DNA of 64,000 nucleotides, taken from the NCBI GenBank assembly GCA_963777505.1, contig CAVZQN010000003.1, forward strand, positions 347,932 through 411,931, in the 5' to 3' direction. The stretch is from an uncultured bacterium. Lineage in GTDB: Bacteria; Acidobacteriota; HRBIN11; JAKEFK01. Under the pieces are notes generated by a model. That model was not told the origin of the DNA and made no database searches. It was given only the letters and a program-made list of their open reading frames with translations. Shown one piece after another: positions 15,870 to 26,256 of the stretch. A program made the translations under genes and the position numbers. Each line of letters begins with the position of its first letter. Position 1 is the first letter of the stretch.

Positions 15870-18518
15870 ATGAAACGCGTACCGTTCACATTTATGATCC
15901 TGGTCTTTGGATTTACAGGAGCACTTTTTTCTGAAGAATCACCATCAACTGAACTGCAGGTACTGGCAGTGCGCTCAATTCAAAAAATAGAGCTTGATGG
16001 AAAACTGAATGAACCATCCTGGAAAGATGTATATGCCATCTCACGGTTTGTTCAAAGGGATCCAAAAGAAGGATCAGAAGCGTCTGAAAAAACATTAGTA
16101 GATGTTCAGTATGATGATGATGCCATTTATATCGGCGCCCGGATGTACGATTCCGATCCAGCCAAAATTGAAGCACGATTAGGTCGCAAAGATGGAGTGC
16201 TTTCTTCTGATTCATTCTATGTTTACATCGATCCGTTCCACGACAAGAGAACAGGCTATTACTTCGGCATTAATGCAGCAGGGACTCACTACGATGGCAC
16301 ATTGATGAATGATAGCTGGAACGACAGTTCATGGGATGGAGTTTGGGAAGGCAAAGCATCAATCGATGAAAAAGGCTGGACTGCCGAAATACGGGTTCCT
16401 TATTCACAATTGAGATTCAAAAAAAATAACCAGTACGTTTGGGGAATTAATTTTAAGCGCGAAATTTCACGAAAAAATGAAATTGATTATCTTGTCTATA
16501 CTCCAAAAAACGGCAGCGGTTTTGTTTCAAGATTCCCAGATCTTGTTGGCATTGAAAAAATTGAACCAAAACAAAGCATTGAAGTCATTCCCTATGTCAC
16601 TTCTCGCGGCGATTTTTTAGATTATGAGCAAGGAGATCCATTCAATGATGGAACAGGTTATGACATGGGAGTCGGAGGCGATGCACGAATTAGTCTCGGC
16701 ACAAACTTAACGCTGAACGCAACCGTGAATCCCGATTTCGGACAAGTTGAAGTCGATCCCGCAGTAGTCAATTTAAGTGACGTTGAAACGTTTTATCCCG
16801 AAAAACGTCCATTTTTCGTTGAAGGTTCCAACAATTTTGCTTTTGGGGAGGGCGGGGCTACGAATTATTGGGGATTTAACTGGATGGGTCCAGATATTTT
16901 TTATAGCCGCCGTATCGGACGCGCTCCTCAAGGAACGGTCGATGAATACGATTATCAGGAGTTTCCGGATGGCACTCAAATTTTGGGCGCGGCGAAACTG
17001 ACCGGCCAGGTTGTTAATGGATGGAACCTCGGAACTCTACACGCTCTAACTGGAAGCGAAACGGCACAGCTGGCTAGCTCTGACACGATCTTTGAACAAG
17101 AAGTAGAACCATTGAGTTACTACTCTGTTTCACGCATGCAAAAAGAATTCAATGGCGGCCGTCAGGGAATGGGATTTATCAACACAATTACAAGCCGTAG
17201 TTTCAAAGATCAAGTATTAGAGGACCAAATCGCAACCAATGCAGTGGTTCTTGGATTGGATGGCTGGACATTTCTGGATGAGGAAAAGAAATGGGTTGTT
17301 ACTGGATTTACGGCAGCATCTCGTGTAGGTGGAAACGAATCAGCAATGACAGCTCTTCAAGAGAGCTCACGTCATTACTTTCAACGGCCGGATCAAAATT
17401 ATCTGAGCGTAGATGAAGATGCAACATCGATTAATGGTGGAATCGGCCGCGTTTGGTTAAATAAAGAAAAGGGCAATTTCATTTTTAATTCTGCAGTCGG
17501 TTTTATTTCTCCCGGCTTCGATGTCAACGATCTCGGATTCATGTTTCGCGCAGATCAAATCAATGGCCATGTTGGTGGCGGCTATAAATGGACCACACCT
17601 GGAAAGTACTTCCGATACGCTGAGGTGATCGGTTCCGTTTTCAGAAGCTATGATTTCGATTTGAACGATACCTGGAATGGTTTATGGAATCTTGTTTATC
17701 TGGAATTCCCGAATTATTACACATTGGAAACAACATTTGCTGTAAATCCTGAAGAGACAATCAACAATTCTCGCACGCGGGGCGGGCCATCAAGTCTTAA
17801 CCTTCCAGGTTTCGAAGTCGGAATGATATTGAAATCCGATCTTCGTAAGAAATGGGTCTTTGGCGGAACATTCAATTCTTATGAGGCAGATACCGAACGG
17901 TACCGCGCGATTGGCGGAAGCGTTGAATGGAAGCCGGTAGCAAATGTCTTAATCAGTGCCGCACCAAGGTATGAATATGCCCTGAATCCAGCCCAATATA
18001 TCGATACATTTGAAGATTCATCTGCATCTTTTACCTATGGGAGCAGATATGTTTTCGGCGAATTAGATCAAAAGACATTTTCAGCCGGTTTGCGGCTGAA
18101 TTGGACGTTTTCGCCAACGCTGAGCCTGCAACTTTATGGGCAGCCTCTTGTTTCAGCCGGAAAATATACCGATTTTAAAGAACTCGCCATCCCACGAAGT
18201 TTTACATTCAATCACTATTCCGAAACCGGACACATTCAATTCGATGGCGAAAAGTATCTTATTGATCCGGATGGACCTGGACCAGGATTACCGGTCGAAT
18301 TCGATAATCCTGACTTTAATTTCAAGTCTCTGAGAGGAAATGCAGTTTTACGATGGGAATATCGTCCTGGTTCGACACTTTACTTCGTTTGGACTCAAAC
18401 CCGTGAGGAAGATGTCCCGGTTGGAGATTTTCAATTCTCACGCTCTGTAGGAAAGATTTGGAATATCCCTGCAGATAATATTTTTATGGTGAAATTTACA
18501 TATTACTGGAATTTTTAG
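15870..18518 (+). CDS. Secreted CBM9-like / DUF5916-type large beta-rich protein
   Basis: Signal peptide, then ELDGKLNEPSWKD..DDDAIYIGARMYD (CBM9-like), then a long Gly/aromatic-rich region ending YYWNF. Confidence 0.55.
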   Translation: MKRVPFTFMILVFGFTGALFSEESPSTELQVLAVRSIQKIELDGKLNEPSWKDVYAISRFVQRDPKEGSEASEKTLVDVQYDDDAIYIGARMYDSDPAKIEARLGRKDGVLSSDSFYVYIDPFHDKRTGYYFGINAAGTHYDGTLMNDSWNDSSWDGVWEGKASIDEKGWTAEIRVPYSQLRFKKNNQYVWGINFKREISRKNEIDYLVYTPKNGSGFVSRFPDLVGIEKIEPKQSIEVIPYVTSRGDFLDYEQGDPFNDGTGYDMGVGGDARISLGTNLTLNATVNPDFGQVEVDPAVVNLSDVETFYPEKRPFFVEGSNNFAFGEGGATNYWGFNWMGPDIFYSRRIGRAPQGTVDEYDYQEFPDGTQILGAAKLTGQVVNGWNLGTLHALTGSETAQLASSDTIFEQEVEPLSYYSVSRMQKEFNGGRQGMGFINTITSRSFKDQVLEDQIATNAVVLGLDGWTFLDEEKKWVVTGFTAASRVGGNESAMTALQESSRHYFQRPDQNYLSVDEDATSINGGIGRVWLNKEKGNFIFNSAVGFISPGFDVNDLGFMFRADQINGHVGGGYKWTTPGKYFRYAEVIGSVFRSYDFDLNDTWNGLWNLVYLEFPNYYTLETTFAVNPEETINNSRTRGGPSSLNLPGFEVGMILKSDLRKKWVFGGTFNSYEADTERYRAIGGSVEWKPVANVLISAAPRYEYALNPAQYIDTFEDSSASFTYGSRYVFGELDQKTFSAGLRLNWTFSPTLSLQLYGQPLVSAGKYTDFKELAIPRSFTFNHYSETGHIQFDGEKYLIDPDGPGPGLPVEFDNPDFNFKSLRGNAVLRWEYRPGSTLYFVWTQTREEDVPVGDFQFSRSVGKIWNIPADNIFMVKFTYYWNF

Positions 18519-18646
18519 TGGGATCAGGAGTCTAACTAATTGGAGACAAGTGTTAGGAACTTTTGTCCCGTCTTTTGCGTATTTAGTTTGTTCACCCAAA
18601 AACTAAATCTCTTAACTTCGTTAAGGTTAACCTCAACGGGGAGGGA

Positions 18647-19444
18647 ATGTTGATGGTTCCGTTGAGTGTGTTGAGTGGTGATACGGGATTGCTGGACAAG
18701 GATAGCCGGGAACGCATCAGGGTATTAATCATTGATGCTGAACGCGTCGAACGTGAACGTGTTGGCGAAATGCTTAAAGAAGACCCGGGTGTAGAAGTTA
18801 TTGGTGAATATGACAACGGTATCGAAGCTCTAGCTGCAATCCGAAATCTTCATCCTGATCTGATCATTCTGGATATCCATATTCCAGGAATTGACGGATT
18901 TTCACTTCTTGAATCTATTCCAAGGGATCGTCTTCCCGCTGTCATTTTTGTCACCGCTTTCGACCGGTATGCCCTTCGAGCATTTGAAGTTTCTGCTCTT
19001 GATTATCTTTTGAAACCGTTTGGTATCGATCGATTCCGTAAAGCAATGCGTCGAGCAAAAGTTCAAATGAAAAGGGGAAAAGTTGAAGAAGAAAAGAGAG
19101 AAATTGACCGAATTGCAATCAGAACAGGTAAGAAGGTCTTTTTTCTAAAGTCGGAAGAAATTGATTGGATTGAAGCTGAAGGGAATAGCGTCAGGTTACA
19201 TAGTGGACAACAATCTCACGTGATTCGCACTTCTATCAGTTTGTTGGAATCGGAACTAGATTCCGAAAAATTCGTAAGAATACATAGATCAACAATTGTA
19301 AATGTGGATCGAGTTCGATGGCTTGAACCATCAGCTCATGGAAACTACCGCGTAATCCTGCACGATGGTACTCAGTTGGTTCTAAGCAGGAAGGACAAGC
19401 TTTCTCAAGTAACGGGCAATTCGCTTCGGGATCATGCAAGATGA
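18647..19444 (+). CDS. LytTR-family two-component response regulator (orphan)
   Basis: Receiver domain (RVLIIDAE..LIILDIHIPGIDGF) and a C-terminal LytTR domain (FVRIHRSTIVNVDRV). No histidine kinase is adjacent. Confidence 0.85.
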   Translation: MLMVPLSVLSGDTGLLDKDSRERIRVLIIDAERVERERVGEMLKEDPGVEVIGEYDNGIEALAAIRNLHPDLIILDIHIPGIDGFSLLESIPRDRLPAVIFVTAFDRYALRAFEVSALDYLLKPFGIDRFRKAMRRAKVQMKRGKVEEEKREIDRIAIRTGKKVFFLKSEEIDWIEAEGNSVRLHSGQQSHVIRTSISLLESELDSEKFVRIHRSTIVNVDRVRWLEPSAHGNYRVILHDGTQLVLSRKDKLSQVTGNSLRDHAR

Positions 19445-19512
19445 AAAGGATTGAATTGCATCTTCCATGATCCGGGAGCCTCATGGCTCTTTCTTAGAAG
19501 AGAGAAATTTTA

Positions 19513-19543
19513 GCGGCGGTCCGAATGGGCCGCCGTTTTTTTT
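19513..19543. terminator. Rho-independent terminator
   Basis: GCGGCGGTCC-GAAT-GGGCCGCCG hairpin followed by T8. It sits between convergent genes. Confidence 0.6.
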
Positions 19544-19572
19544 ACCGCAGAGACTTTGAGTCTTTAGGCGGG
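19543..19572. repeat. Family 1 repeat copy (hairpin form)
   Basis: TACCGCAGAGACTTTGAGTCTTTAGGCGGG. Overlaps the stop codon of the minus-strand O-methyltransferase. Confidence 0.55.
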
Positions 19573-20601
19573 TTCAGCTTCAACGATACTATATGGTGAT
19601 TTTGTCGGAACTATTCTTGTTAGACTGAAACCGGATGTTGCAAGCAAGTTGCTGTACTCACTTGCGGTGCGTTCTTTTCCGCCCTCCATGACAAGCATCA
19701 GAAGGTCAAGTGCTTTAGCCGGACTAGGCTGGTTGTCTTCAGGAACGACCATTTCAATAATTAAGACTTTACCCTTTCCACTGATAGCAGCACGGATATT
19801 CTGAAGGATTTTGATGCTTTGTTCGTCGTCCCAGTCATGGATTATGTGTTTCATCATATAGGCATCCGCACCTGCCGGAATTGTTTTGAAAAAGTCACCT
19901 GATGCGAGTTCAACGCGCTTGCTAACACCTTCCTTGTTGAGCAATTCCTTAGCTGCGTCAATGACATGAGGCAAATCAAATAAGATTCCATTCATGTGGG
20001 GATTCATTTTCAAGATTCTGGCTAGGAGGAGTCCATGACCGCCAGCTATATCAACGAGTTTATGAACGTCAGAAAAATTGTAGGCTTCGACAATGGCAGG
20101 CATTACATTTTGCGATATATTTGTCATCGCGCGATAAAAAATCTGTCCGGCTTCCGCGTTTTGTTTGAAATACTCAAAAGAACTCATGCCCTGAACTTTA
20201 TCGTGTGCAATGCCGCCAGTTCTCACGCTATACATCAGCTCGCCCCAGGCACTCCAAAGCCAATGTTCGTCTATCATAATCGCAAAGTCGCGCATTGAAT
20301 TAGGTACATCACTTCGCAACAATGTAGCAACCGGTGTCAATTCAAACTTCTGTTTGGAGGTTTCCGAAAAGATGCCGACGCTTGCCAAAGTACGAAGGAG
20401 GCGGTACAAAGACGGTTCGTGTGCTTCTGTTGTGGCTGCGAGTTCCGCGATGGTTTGAGGGCCTTCGGCGAGTAAATCGGCAATCCTGAGTTTTGCAGCA
20501 ACACAAATGCTTTTCTGCATTAACGCTCCAAAGAGCAGTTGCATCAAGATCGCGTCAGGCGGTGGCGCATTTACATCACTATTTTGATTCTGATCAATCA
20601 T
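19564..20601 (-). CDS. Class I SAM-dependent O-methyltransferase (family 2, with a dimerisation domain)
   Basis: LVDIAGGHG, FDLPHV, GDFF, MKHIIHDWDDEQ motifs. Confidence 0.8.
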   Translation of the reverse strand: MIDQNQNSDVNAPPPDAILMQLLFGALMQKSICVAAKLRIADLLAEGPQTIAELAATTEAHEPSLYRLLRTLASVGIFSETSKQKFELTPVATLLRSDVPNSMRDFAIMIDEHWLWSAWGELMYSVRTGGIAHDKVQGMSSFEYFKQNAEAGQIFYRAMTNISQNVMPAIVEAYNFSDVHKLVDIAGGHGLLLARILKMNPHMNGILFDLPHVIDAAKELLNKEGVSKRVELASGDFFKTIPAGADAYMMKHIIHDWDDEQSIKILQNIRAAISGKGKVLIIEMVVPEDNQPSPAKALDLLMLVMEGGKERTASEYSNLLATSGFSLTRIVPTKSPYSIVEAEPA

Positions 20602-20629
20602 GTCTTACCCCCACATTTGAATATTATTT

Positions 20630-20657
20630 TACCGCAGAGACTTTGAGTCTTAGCGGT
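20630..20657. repeat. Family 1 repeat copy (hairpin form)
   Basis: TACCGCAGAGACTTTGAGTCTTAGCGGT. Includes the stop codon of the sulfatase-TPR gene. Confidence 0.55.
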
Positions 20658-22725
20658 TGAGTTTTTGACGGGCGGATTCGATTCGTGCTGCATGAATATT
20701 CGGATCGGCATAAGTAATGAAATTTTGATATGCCTGTTTAGATTCATCAGTTCTTCCCATGCGTTCCAAAATAATTCCAAGATTGTAATAAGCTTCAGCA
20801 AAATTAGGATTTTTTTCCAGCGCTTTTCGCAGTAATTCTTCCGCTCCACTCAAATCACCTTGTTGGCCTTTTAATATTGCCAGCGAGTAATATGGGTGTG
20901 CCAGGGATGGATTAAACTGAATTGCACGTTCAAATTGTTCGGATGCGCCTACAAGGTTCCCCAAATTCCGGTATGTATTTCCCAGTTCGTACGCTGCAGC
21001 CGCATTTCTAGGGTCCAGTTCCAAACTCTTTTGTAAATATGGAATCGCTTCTTGTGGCCTTCCGGATACTGTTAAGGTTTCACCCAAATTTACAAGTGCT
21101 TCTTGCATTTCCGGATCAATTTGTAACGCAAGTTTTTCTTCCACTATCGATTTTTCAATATCACCGATTCGTTTAAAGCCAAGAGCTAACCTGTGATGGA
21201 TTTTGTTATCTTCTGGTGTGAGCTGAAGCGCCTTCTGCCAATATTGAACCGCTTTTTCGGGATTTTCTTTAATTACAAATTGACCCAGCGTATCGAGTAA
21301 AACTGGATTACTGGCATCCATTTGCGAGGCTCGCTCCAAAAGTTCAATTGCCTCATTCTGTTTTCCTTCCATACTCAGAAACGTTGAACGTTCGTATAAC
21401 TTCCACACCTCAATTTTACTTTTCGGATCAGGAAGATTCTCCAGGTTCTTTGGCTTAGTTGTGCCAGACAAATATCCCAGGCTGCGAAGGTTTTCTTCAA
21501 GTGCTGGATCCATCTTTGTATCCTGGGCCGGCGGCTGGATCTTTTTGTACTTTTGCAATTTATCCGCAATGCTTCGCACAGCTTGATTATTTATTTCTTG
21601 AATGTTGGTTTTTTCATGAGGATCTGCTTTGAGGTTGTACACTTCAGGCTGTGGAGCATCAATCACTTTCCATTCTGTTGTTCTTGCCGAATGCAAAGGA
21701 CTCCAACCAATTCCAAGCGGATAATGCGTTTCAAGAATAGCGGGAACTTCACCCAGGGATTTTCCTGAAAGCATAGGCACTAATGATCTTCCATCAAGAC
21801 CTTGAGGCTTTTCACTTCCAGCAAGTTCCAGGAGTGTTGGTGCAACATCAATCAATTGAACTTGCTGAAGTATTTCTTTGCCCGAGGTTATGCTTGGACC
21901 CGCCATTACAAATGGAATCTGAATTGTAGAATCATACAAAAAAAGGCCATGACCTAGTTCATCATGATCTCCCAATCCTTCCCCATGATCGGCAGTGATG
22001 AGAATGATTGTTCTATTTCGAACAGCGTCCAGCGATTTGATAATCTTGCCGATTTGTTCATCGACATATGCAATTTCACCCAGATACTGATTCGAATAAT
22101 TCGAACGGTATGGCTCAGGAGGGTTATATCTTGCATGAGGATCATAAAAATGAATGAACAGAAAAAAAGAGGATTGCTGATTGGAAGACAGCCAGTTTAT
22201 TGCTTCCGAAGCTGTCGTATCAGCAAGGCGTTCATTTTGTGGATTGTTTGAATCCTGCGCGCCGTACTGAATGAAGTCGTCGTAAAATTCAAATCCGTTA
22301 GAAAGTCCAAACCTGTGATCCAGCACGATGCTGCTTACAAATCCGGCAGTCTTGTAGCCTTTCGACTGTAACAATGAAGGCAAGGTTGCAACAGTTGGAT
22401 TTAAGCGGTAGCCATGGTTGTCGCGAATTCCATGTTTTGCTGGTAACAGTCCAGTCAGCAGTGATGCATGTGATGGAAGAGTTAATGGTACGTGTGCTAT
22501 GGCATTTTTGAAAACGATTCCGGATCGACCTAATGCATCAATGTTTGGAGTTCGAACTTGCTGATTGCCATAAATTCCAATCGAGTCGGCTCGCGTCGTG
22601 TCGATTGAAATGAGTACAAAATTCAGTTTTGGATTTTCGGCAGCAGGCTGTGGCTTTTTCCAATAAAACAAAACCGCAAAGACGGCAATCAGAATAAAAA
22701 GAATTAGCGCAATCTTATTTCGCAA
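20650..22725 (-). CDS. Sulfatase-family hydrolase fused to C-terminal TPR repeats
   Basis: N-terminal TM helix. Sulfatase signature LISIDTTRADS..GIRDNHG, TADHGE. The C-terminal ~300 aa are TPR repeats. Confidence 0.8.
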   Translation of the reverse strand: MRNKIALILFILIAVFAVLFYWKKPQPAAENPKLNFVLISIDTTRADSIGIYGNQQVRTPNIDALGRSGIVFKNAIAHVPLTLPSHASLLTGLLPAKHGIRDNHGYRLNPTVATLPSLLQSKGYKTAGFVSSIVLDHRFGLSNGFEFYDDFIQYGAQDSNNPQNERLADTTASEAINWLSSNQQSSFFLFIHFYDPHARYNPPEPYRSNYSNQYLGEIAYVDEQIGKIIKSLDAVRNRTIILITADHGEGLGDHDELGHGLFLYDSTIQIPFVMAGPSITSGKEILQQVQLIDVAPTLLELAGSEKPQGLDGRSLVPMLSGKSLGEVPAILETHYPLGIGWSPLHSARTTEWKVIDAPQPEVYNLKADPHEKTNIQEINNQAVRSIADKLQKYKKIQPPAQDTKMDPALEENLRSLGYLSGTTKPKNLENLPDPKSKIEVWKLYERSTFLSMEGKQNEAIELLERASQMDASNPVLLDTLGQFVIKENPEKAVQYWQKALQLTPEDNKIHHRLALGFKRIGDIEKSIVEEKLALQIDPEMQEALVNLGETLTVSGRPQEAIPYLQKSLELDPRNAAAAYELGNTYRNLGNLVGASEQFERAIQFNPSLAHPYYSLAILKGQQGDLSGAEELLRKALEKNPNFAEAYYNLGIILERMGRTDESKQAYQNFITYADPNIHAARIESARQKLNR

Positions 22726-22757
22726 ATCTAAAGCTTAAGTCAAAGATGCCATAGGTG

Positions 22758-22830
22758 GTAGGGGCGACCCTTGTGGTCGCCCGTGTGCTCGTGTACATAT
22801 CTTAAGGGCGGCCACAAGGGCCGCCCCTAC
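22758..22830. repeat. Inverted pair of family 2 GC-hairpin repeats (GTAGGGGCG-stem-loop-CGCCC) flanking a 23-nt spacer
   Basis: GTAGGGGCGACCCTTGTGGTCGCCC ...23 nt... GGGCGGCCACAAGGGCCGCCCCTAC. Confidence 0.6.
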
Positions 22831-22842
22831 GAGTGCGGTAAT

Positions 22843-22874
22843 AAAAAAAGGGCGATCTAGAAGATCGCCCTTAG
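22843..22874 (-). terminator. Rho-independent terminator of the TonB receptor gene
   Basis: On the minus strand: GGGCGATCTTCTAGATCGCCC hairpin followed by T7. Confidence 0.55.
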
Positions 22875-22991
22875 TCTCTCTTTTACGTTGGAGCCATGAG
22901 GCTCCTGAGACATACAACCCTGTATGCCTCAGGTGCTTCGTGGTTTTAAGAAGCGGGAGCACCTGGCGCGATGCTCCCGCCCAAAAACAAC

Positions 22992-25907
22992 TTAGAAGCT
23001 GTAACGCAAACCAACGCGCAGTGCGCGCGGTGAAATTAATTCGTCGATACGGTTCAAGTTCTGTGAAGTAACTGTCCGTGTGCGTCGAATAATTGTGTTG
23101 GTGTTCGTTACGTTAAATAAATTGGCCGAAAGAGCTAAACGCCCGTAGTTACCAAATTCGAATCCTTTTTCAAACTGTAAATCCAGAGTGAAAATATTTT
23201 CGAAACGGCGGCTGCCGAACGGTTCGACAAGAATCAAATGAGTTTGGGTGCCAAGCGAAGGCAAAGTTGGATCGCCAATAGGTGCCATCAGCACGAATGG
23301 ATAACCTTGCTGGTACCGTCCGAAAGCGCCCGCTGTAATATCCCAGCCGAACTGATACACACCACTCAATTTAAATTGCCATTCTGAATATGGATATACG
23401 CCCGATTTACCGCTGCCACCTGGAGCAAACGCATAAGCTTGATCATTCAGGAAAGGCAAATTTGTTGGATCAAACGGGAAGACCTGGCCATTCAATCCGC
23501 CATCTCCGATGTAGAAGGCGAGGGAATCGCCGCCATCGTAATTCGCTTTTTGTCGTTGCAGAGTAACTCCACCATTGAGCATGAAGTTATTGCTCATGCG
23601 TTTGCGAACTGCGATGTCAACTCCATCATATTTTGTCTTGTAGTCGTTTGCGTTTGTCAGGAGAAGATCCCCATTGTCAACGCCGCCATAAACAAAATAT
23701 GGAACGTTAAATGATCCGAGAGTTGTATCGGCCGTAAAAACTCCTCCTGGTACAAAATCAGCAGCTGATACTCCATTCGAAACGATAGTCGTTGCATCAC
23801 GATAGTCACGATGTGTGTATGTCGCGCTTACCGAAATATCCTGCGCGAGCTGTCGTTCGAATCCCACCAAGTATTCCCAGGAACTGGAATTCTTAAAATC
23901 TGAGTCGATTACGTTGTTATCTACAAACGATTGGAGGTCAAAGATCGGTCCGTTTAAACCACCGAAATACCTGGGTGCGCTAGTAATTTCATCAGGAGTA
24001 ATGACACGATCACCATTTAGGTTTACGAAATCCATAATCGCGCCGTTATACACATAGGTCGGATTTTGAAGTTGCACAAAAGCCGGATTAAATCCATCGT
24101 AATAACGTGCGAAATTTCCGCGAACAATTGTCTTTCCATCGCCAGACATATCATAGGTCGCACCGATGCGTGGAGAGAAATCGTTGAAGGAGATTCCTGG
24201 ATCTCCACCTGGATATTCCAGAGGGCCGACTATGTTTTCAAATCCTGGTACTCCAGGAATTGATGATGCTATGTTCGATCCTGTTTGGTTATCAAAGCGG
24301 AAACCAAGATTTAAGGTCAAACGGTCTTTACGGAAAGTATCCGTAACATAGAAACTTGTGTGATTCAGATCCACACGTCCATCAATTGCGTGTTGAGCTT
24401 TCACATACCCAGAAGTTAGAGGACCACGCGGAGAAGTCTGGTTGTAATCAACGATCAATACACCATTACCGTAAGAGCTAAAAGTGTGAAGTTCGGACGT
24501 TTTGTATTCGAATCCAAACCTGAATTCATGATCACCACCCATAACATTTTCTGAGAAGTAGTTTGCGTCTACAACAAAGTCATGTGATGGACGATCGATC
24601 GGCGCAACATAAAACAGGGTGTCTTCATAACGTGGAATGGACGCTAAATACACCATCGGGATGTCCTTTCCGCCAACCGGCTTCAAAGTAAATCCGAGAC
24701 CGATATACCCATAACGTCCGGTTACGATCGTATGATCGTTGGGAATCCATGTATGCTGACCGGTCCAAATTCCTGGTGTAATGGTATCTGTCCCAGCCTG
24801 ATCCCATAATGTTTCAGGAGCTTGCAAGGAGATTGCAATTCCTGCGCGACCGGTCTTTGATTTTTCACCCTGGAAGTAACCAAATTGCGATTCATGCGCA
24901 GTTCCCCAGTTCGCATTCGCTTTGAAGTTGAAATCTTCAAGTTCGGTGAAATCAAATGTATTTGCAGTAGTAATCAATCCGATTTCGTTTTTGCGATACG
25001 CGCCCCAGACAAATAATTTGTCTTTGATGATTGGACCACCGATATCGAAACCATAGTCTTTTACCTCATCGAGGCGATTCGACCTGGCGCCGATTGCAGC
25101 GAGTTCATCAGGAGTGTTGTCACCCTGCAGGCTATCGCCAGCGTAAAAATAGGAGGCGGCGCCTTCCCATTTATTGCTTCCGCGCTTGGTGACAATATTG
25201 ACAATTACACCGCCTGTCGGTGCTGATGCATCATTACCGCCTGTAGAGATTTGCAATTCCTCAAATGCATCGAAATCGAAATAGGTTGGCGATGCTCCTA
25301 ATGCGCCTGGATCGGTTGCATTAACACCGTCATAGTTCCATACGGTGTTGTCGTCGTTTCCACCACGCGCAATAAAAGATGCTTGCTGACCCGATTCGGA
25401 ACCTGCTACGTTGTAACGATCCGAATCGACTCCTGTGGTTTGATCGATGATCGTCCACGGATCACGTGCACTTGGTACATCTTCCAGATAATCACGATTA
25501 AATGATTCTGACGTTCCTGTCTTTTTTGTGTCCACTACCGGTGTTTCACCGATAACTGTGAACTCTTCAGCCAGCGAAGGTCTCATCGTGATTTCGAGTT
25601 GTACCTGACTGCCGGTACTAACTCGAACTTCTTCCTGGCGTACTTCTGTGAAACCTTCAATTGCAAAATTCACAGAATAAATTCCAGGAGGTAAGTTAGC
25701 GAAACGGAAACTGCCGGAAGCTCCAGACGTCGCGCTTTGCGGTGGCAGTGACGTCGATTCCAGCGTGATGCTTACACCAGGTAATGGGCCGCCTTTATCA
25801 TCAATCGTCTTTCCATAGATTGACCCTGTTTTCATCGACACTTGCGCGAAAACAGGGATTGTAAAGGCGAGGACCAGAACGAGAGCAAGCAGAAGCTTAT
25901 TTCTCAT
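22992..25907 (-). CDS. TonB-dependent outer-membrane receptor with an N-terminal CarboxypepD_reg-like domain
   Basis: Signal peptide. SGSFRFANLPPGIYSV (Cna B/CarboxypepD_reg). Plug domain and long beta-barrel region. C-terminal LRYSF. Confidence 0.8.
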   Translation of the reverse strand: MRNKLLLALVLVLAFTIPVFAQVSMKTGSIYGKTIDDKGGPLPGVSITLESTSLPPQSATSGASGSFRFANLPPGIYSVNFAIEGFTEVRQEEVRVSTGSQVQLEITMRPSLAEEFTVIGETPVVDTKKTGTSESFNRDYLEDVPSARDPWTIIDQTTGVDSDRYNVAGSESGQQASFIARGGNDDNTVWNYDGVNATDPGALGASPTYFDFDAFEELQISTGGNDASAPTGGVIVNIVTKRGSNKWEGAASYFYAGDSLQGDNTPDELAAIGARSNRLDEVKDYGFDIGGPIIKDKLFVWGAYRKNEIGLITTANTFDFTELEDFNFKANANWGTAHESQFGYFQGEKSKTGRAGIAISLQAPETLWDQAGTDTITPGIWTGQHTWIPNDHTIVTGRYGYIGLGFTLKPVGGKDIPMVYLASIPRYEDTLFYVAPIDRPSHDFVVDANYFSENVMGGDHEFRFGFEYKTSELHTFSSYGNGVLIVDYNQTSPRGPLTSGYVKAQHAIDGRVDLNHTSFYVTDTFRKDRLTLNLGFRFDNQTGSNIASSIPGVPGFENIVGPLEYPGGDPGISFNDFSPRIGATYDMSGDGKTIVRGNFARYYDGFNPAFVQLQNPTYVYNGAIMDFVNLNGDRVITPDEITSAPRYFGGLNGPIFDLQSFVDNNVIDSDFKNSSSWEYLVGFERQLAQDISVSATYTHRDYRDATTIVSNGVSAADFVPGGVFTADTTLGSFNVPYFVYGGVDNGDLLLTNANDYKTKYDGVDIAVRKRMSNNFMLNGGVTLQRQKANYDGGDSLAFYIGDGGLNGQVFPFDPTNLPFLNDQAYAFAPGGSGKSGVYPYSEWQFKLSGVYQFGWDITAGAFGRYQQGYPFVLMAPIGDPTLPSLGTQTHLILVEPFGSRRFENIFTLDLQFEKGFEFGNYGRLALSANLFNVTNTNTIIRRTRTVTSQNLNRIDELISPRALRVGLRYSF

Positions 25908-26256
25908 GGCTCCTCCATAAAAGGATTATTGGTTAAATACAGTTCAAATTTTTCCGGGTTTAGCTGATTCACCTTGTGACGGTTGGGCTGAATCATCCGG
26001 AATTCGGAACAAACGTTACCGTTTGGAGCAAGAGATATGCCACTGAGGACAATTAGATTTAAGTCGTTTATTTCGTGGTAGTTACTGGTATTCGGTTTCG
26101 TTTAGCAGAATGGCTGCACGAAATTTTCGTATAGGTGAATTTGGGGCATTGAAGTGCAAAAACGGAGATTCATTGCTGATACGTACGTATTAGTGCCATA
26201 AACATACAGTTTCATCACAGGTACGAAAATTTGAAGTGAGGAATGAAATCGACGAA

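Noticed and set aside
22735-22962. 75-aa ORF on the minus strand in the sulfatase/TonB intergenic region
   Set aside because: The sequence is a chain of GC hairpins and REP-like repeats. The translation is low-complexity and the ORF is an artefact of those structured repeats.
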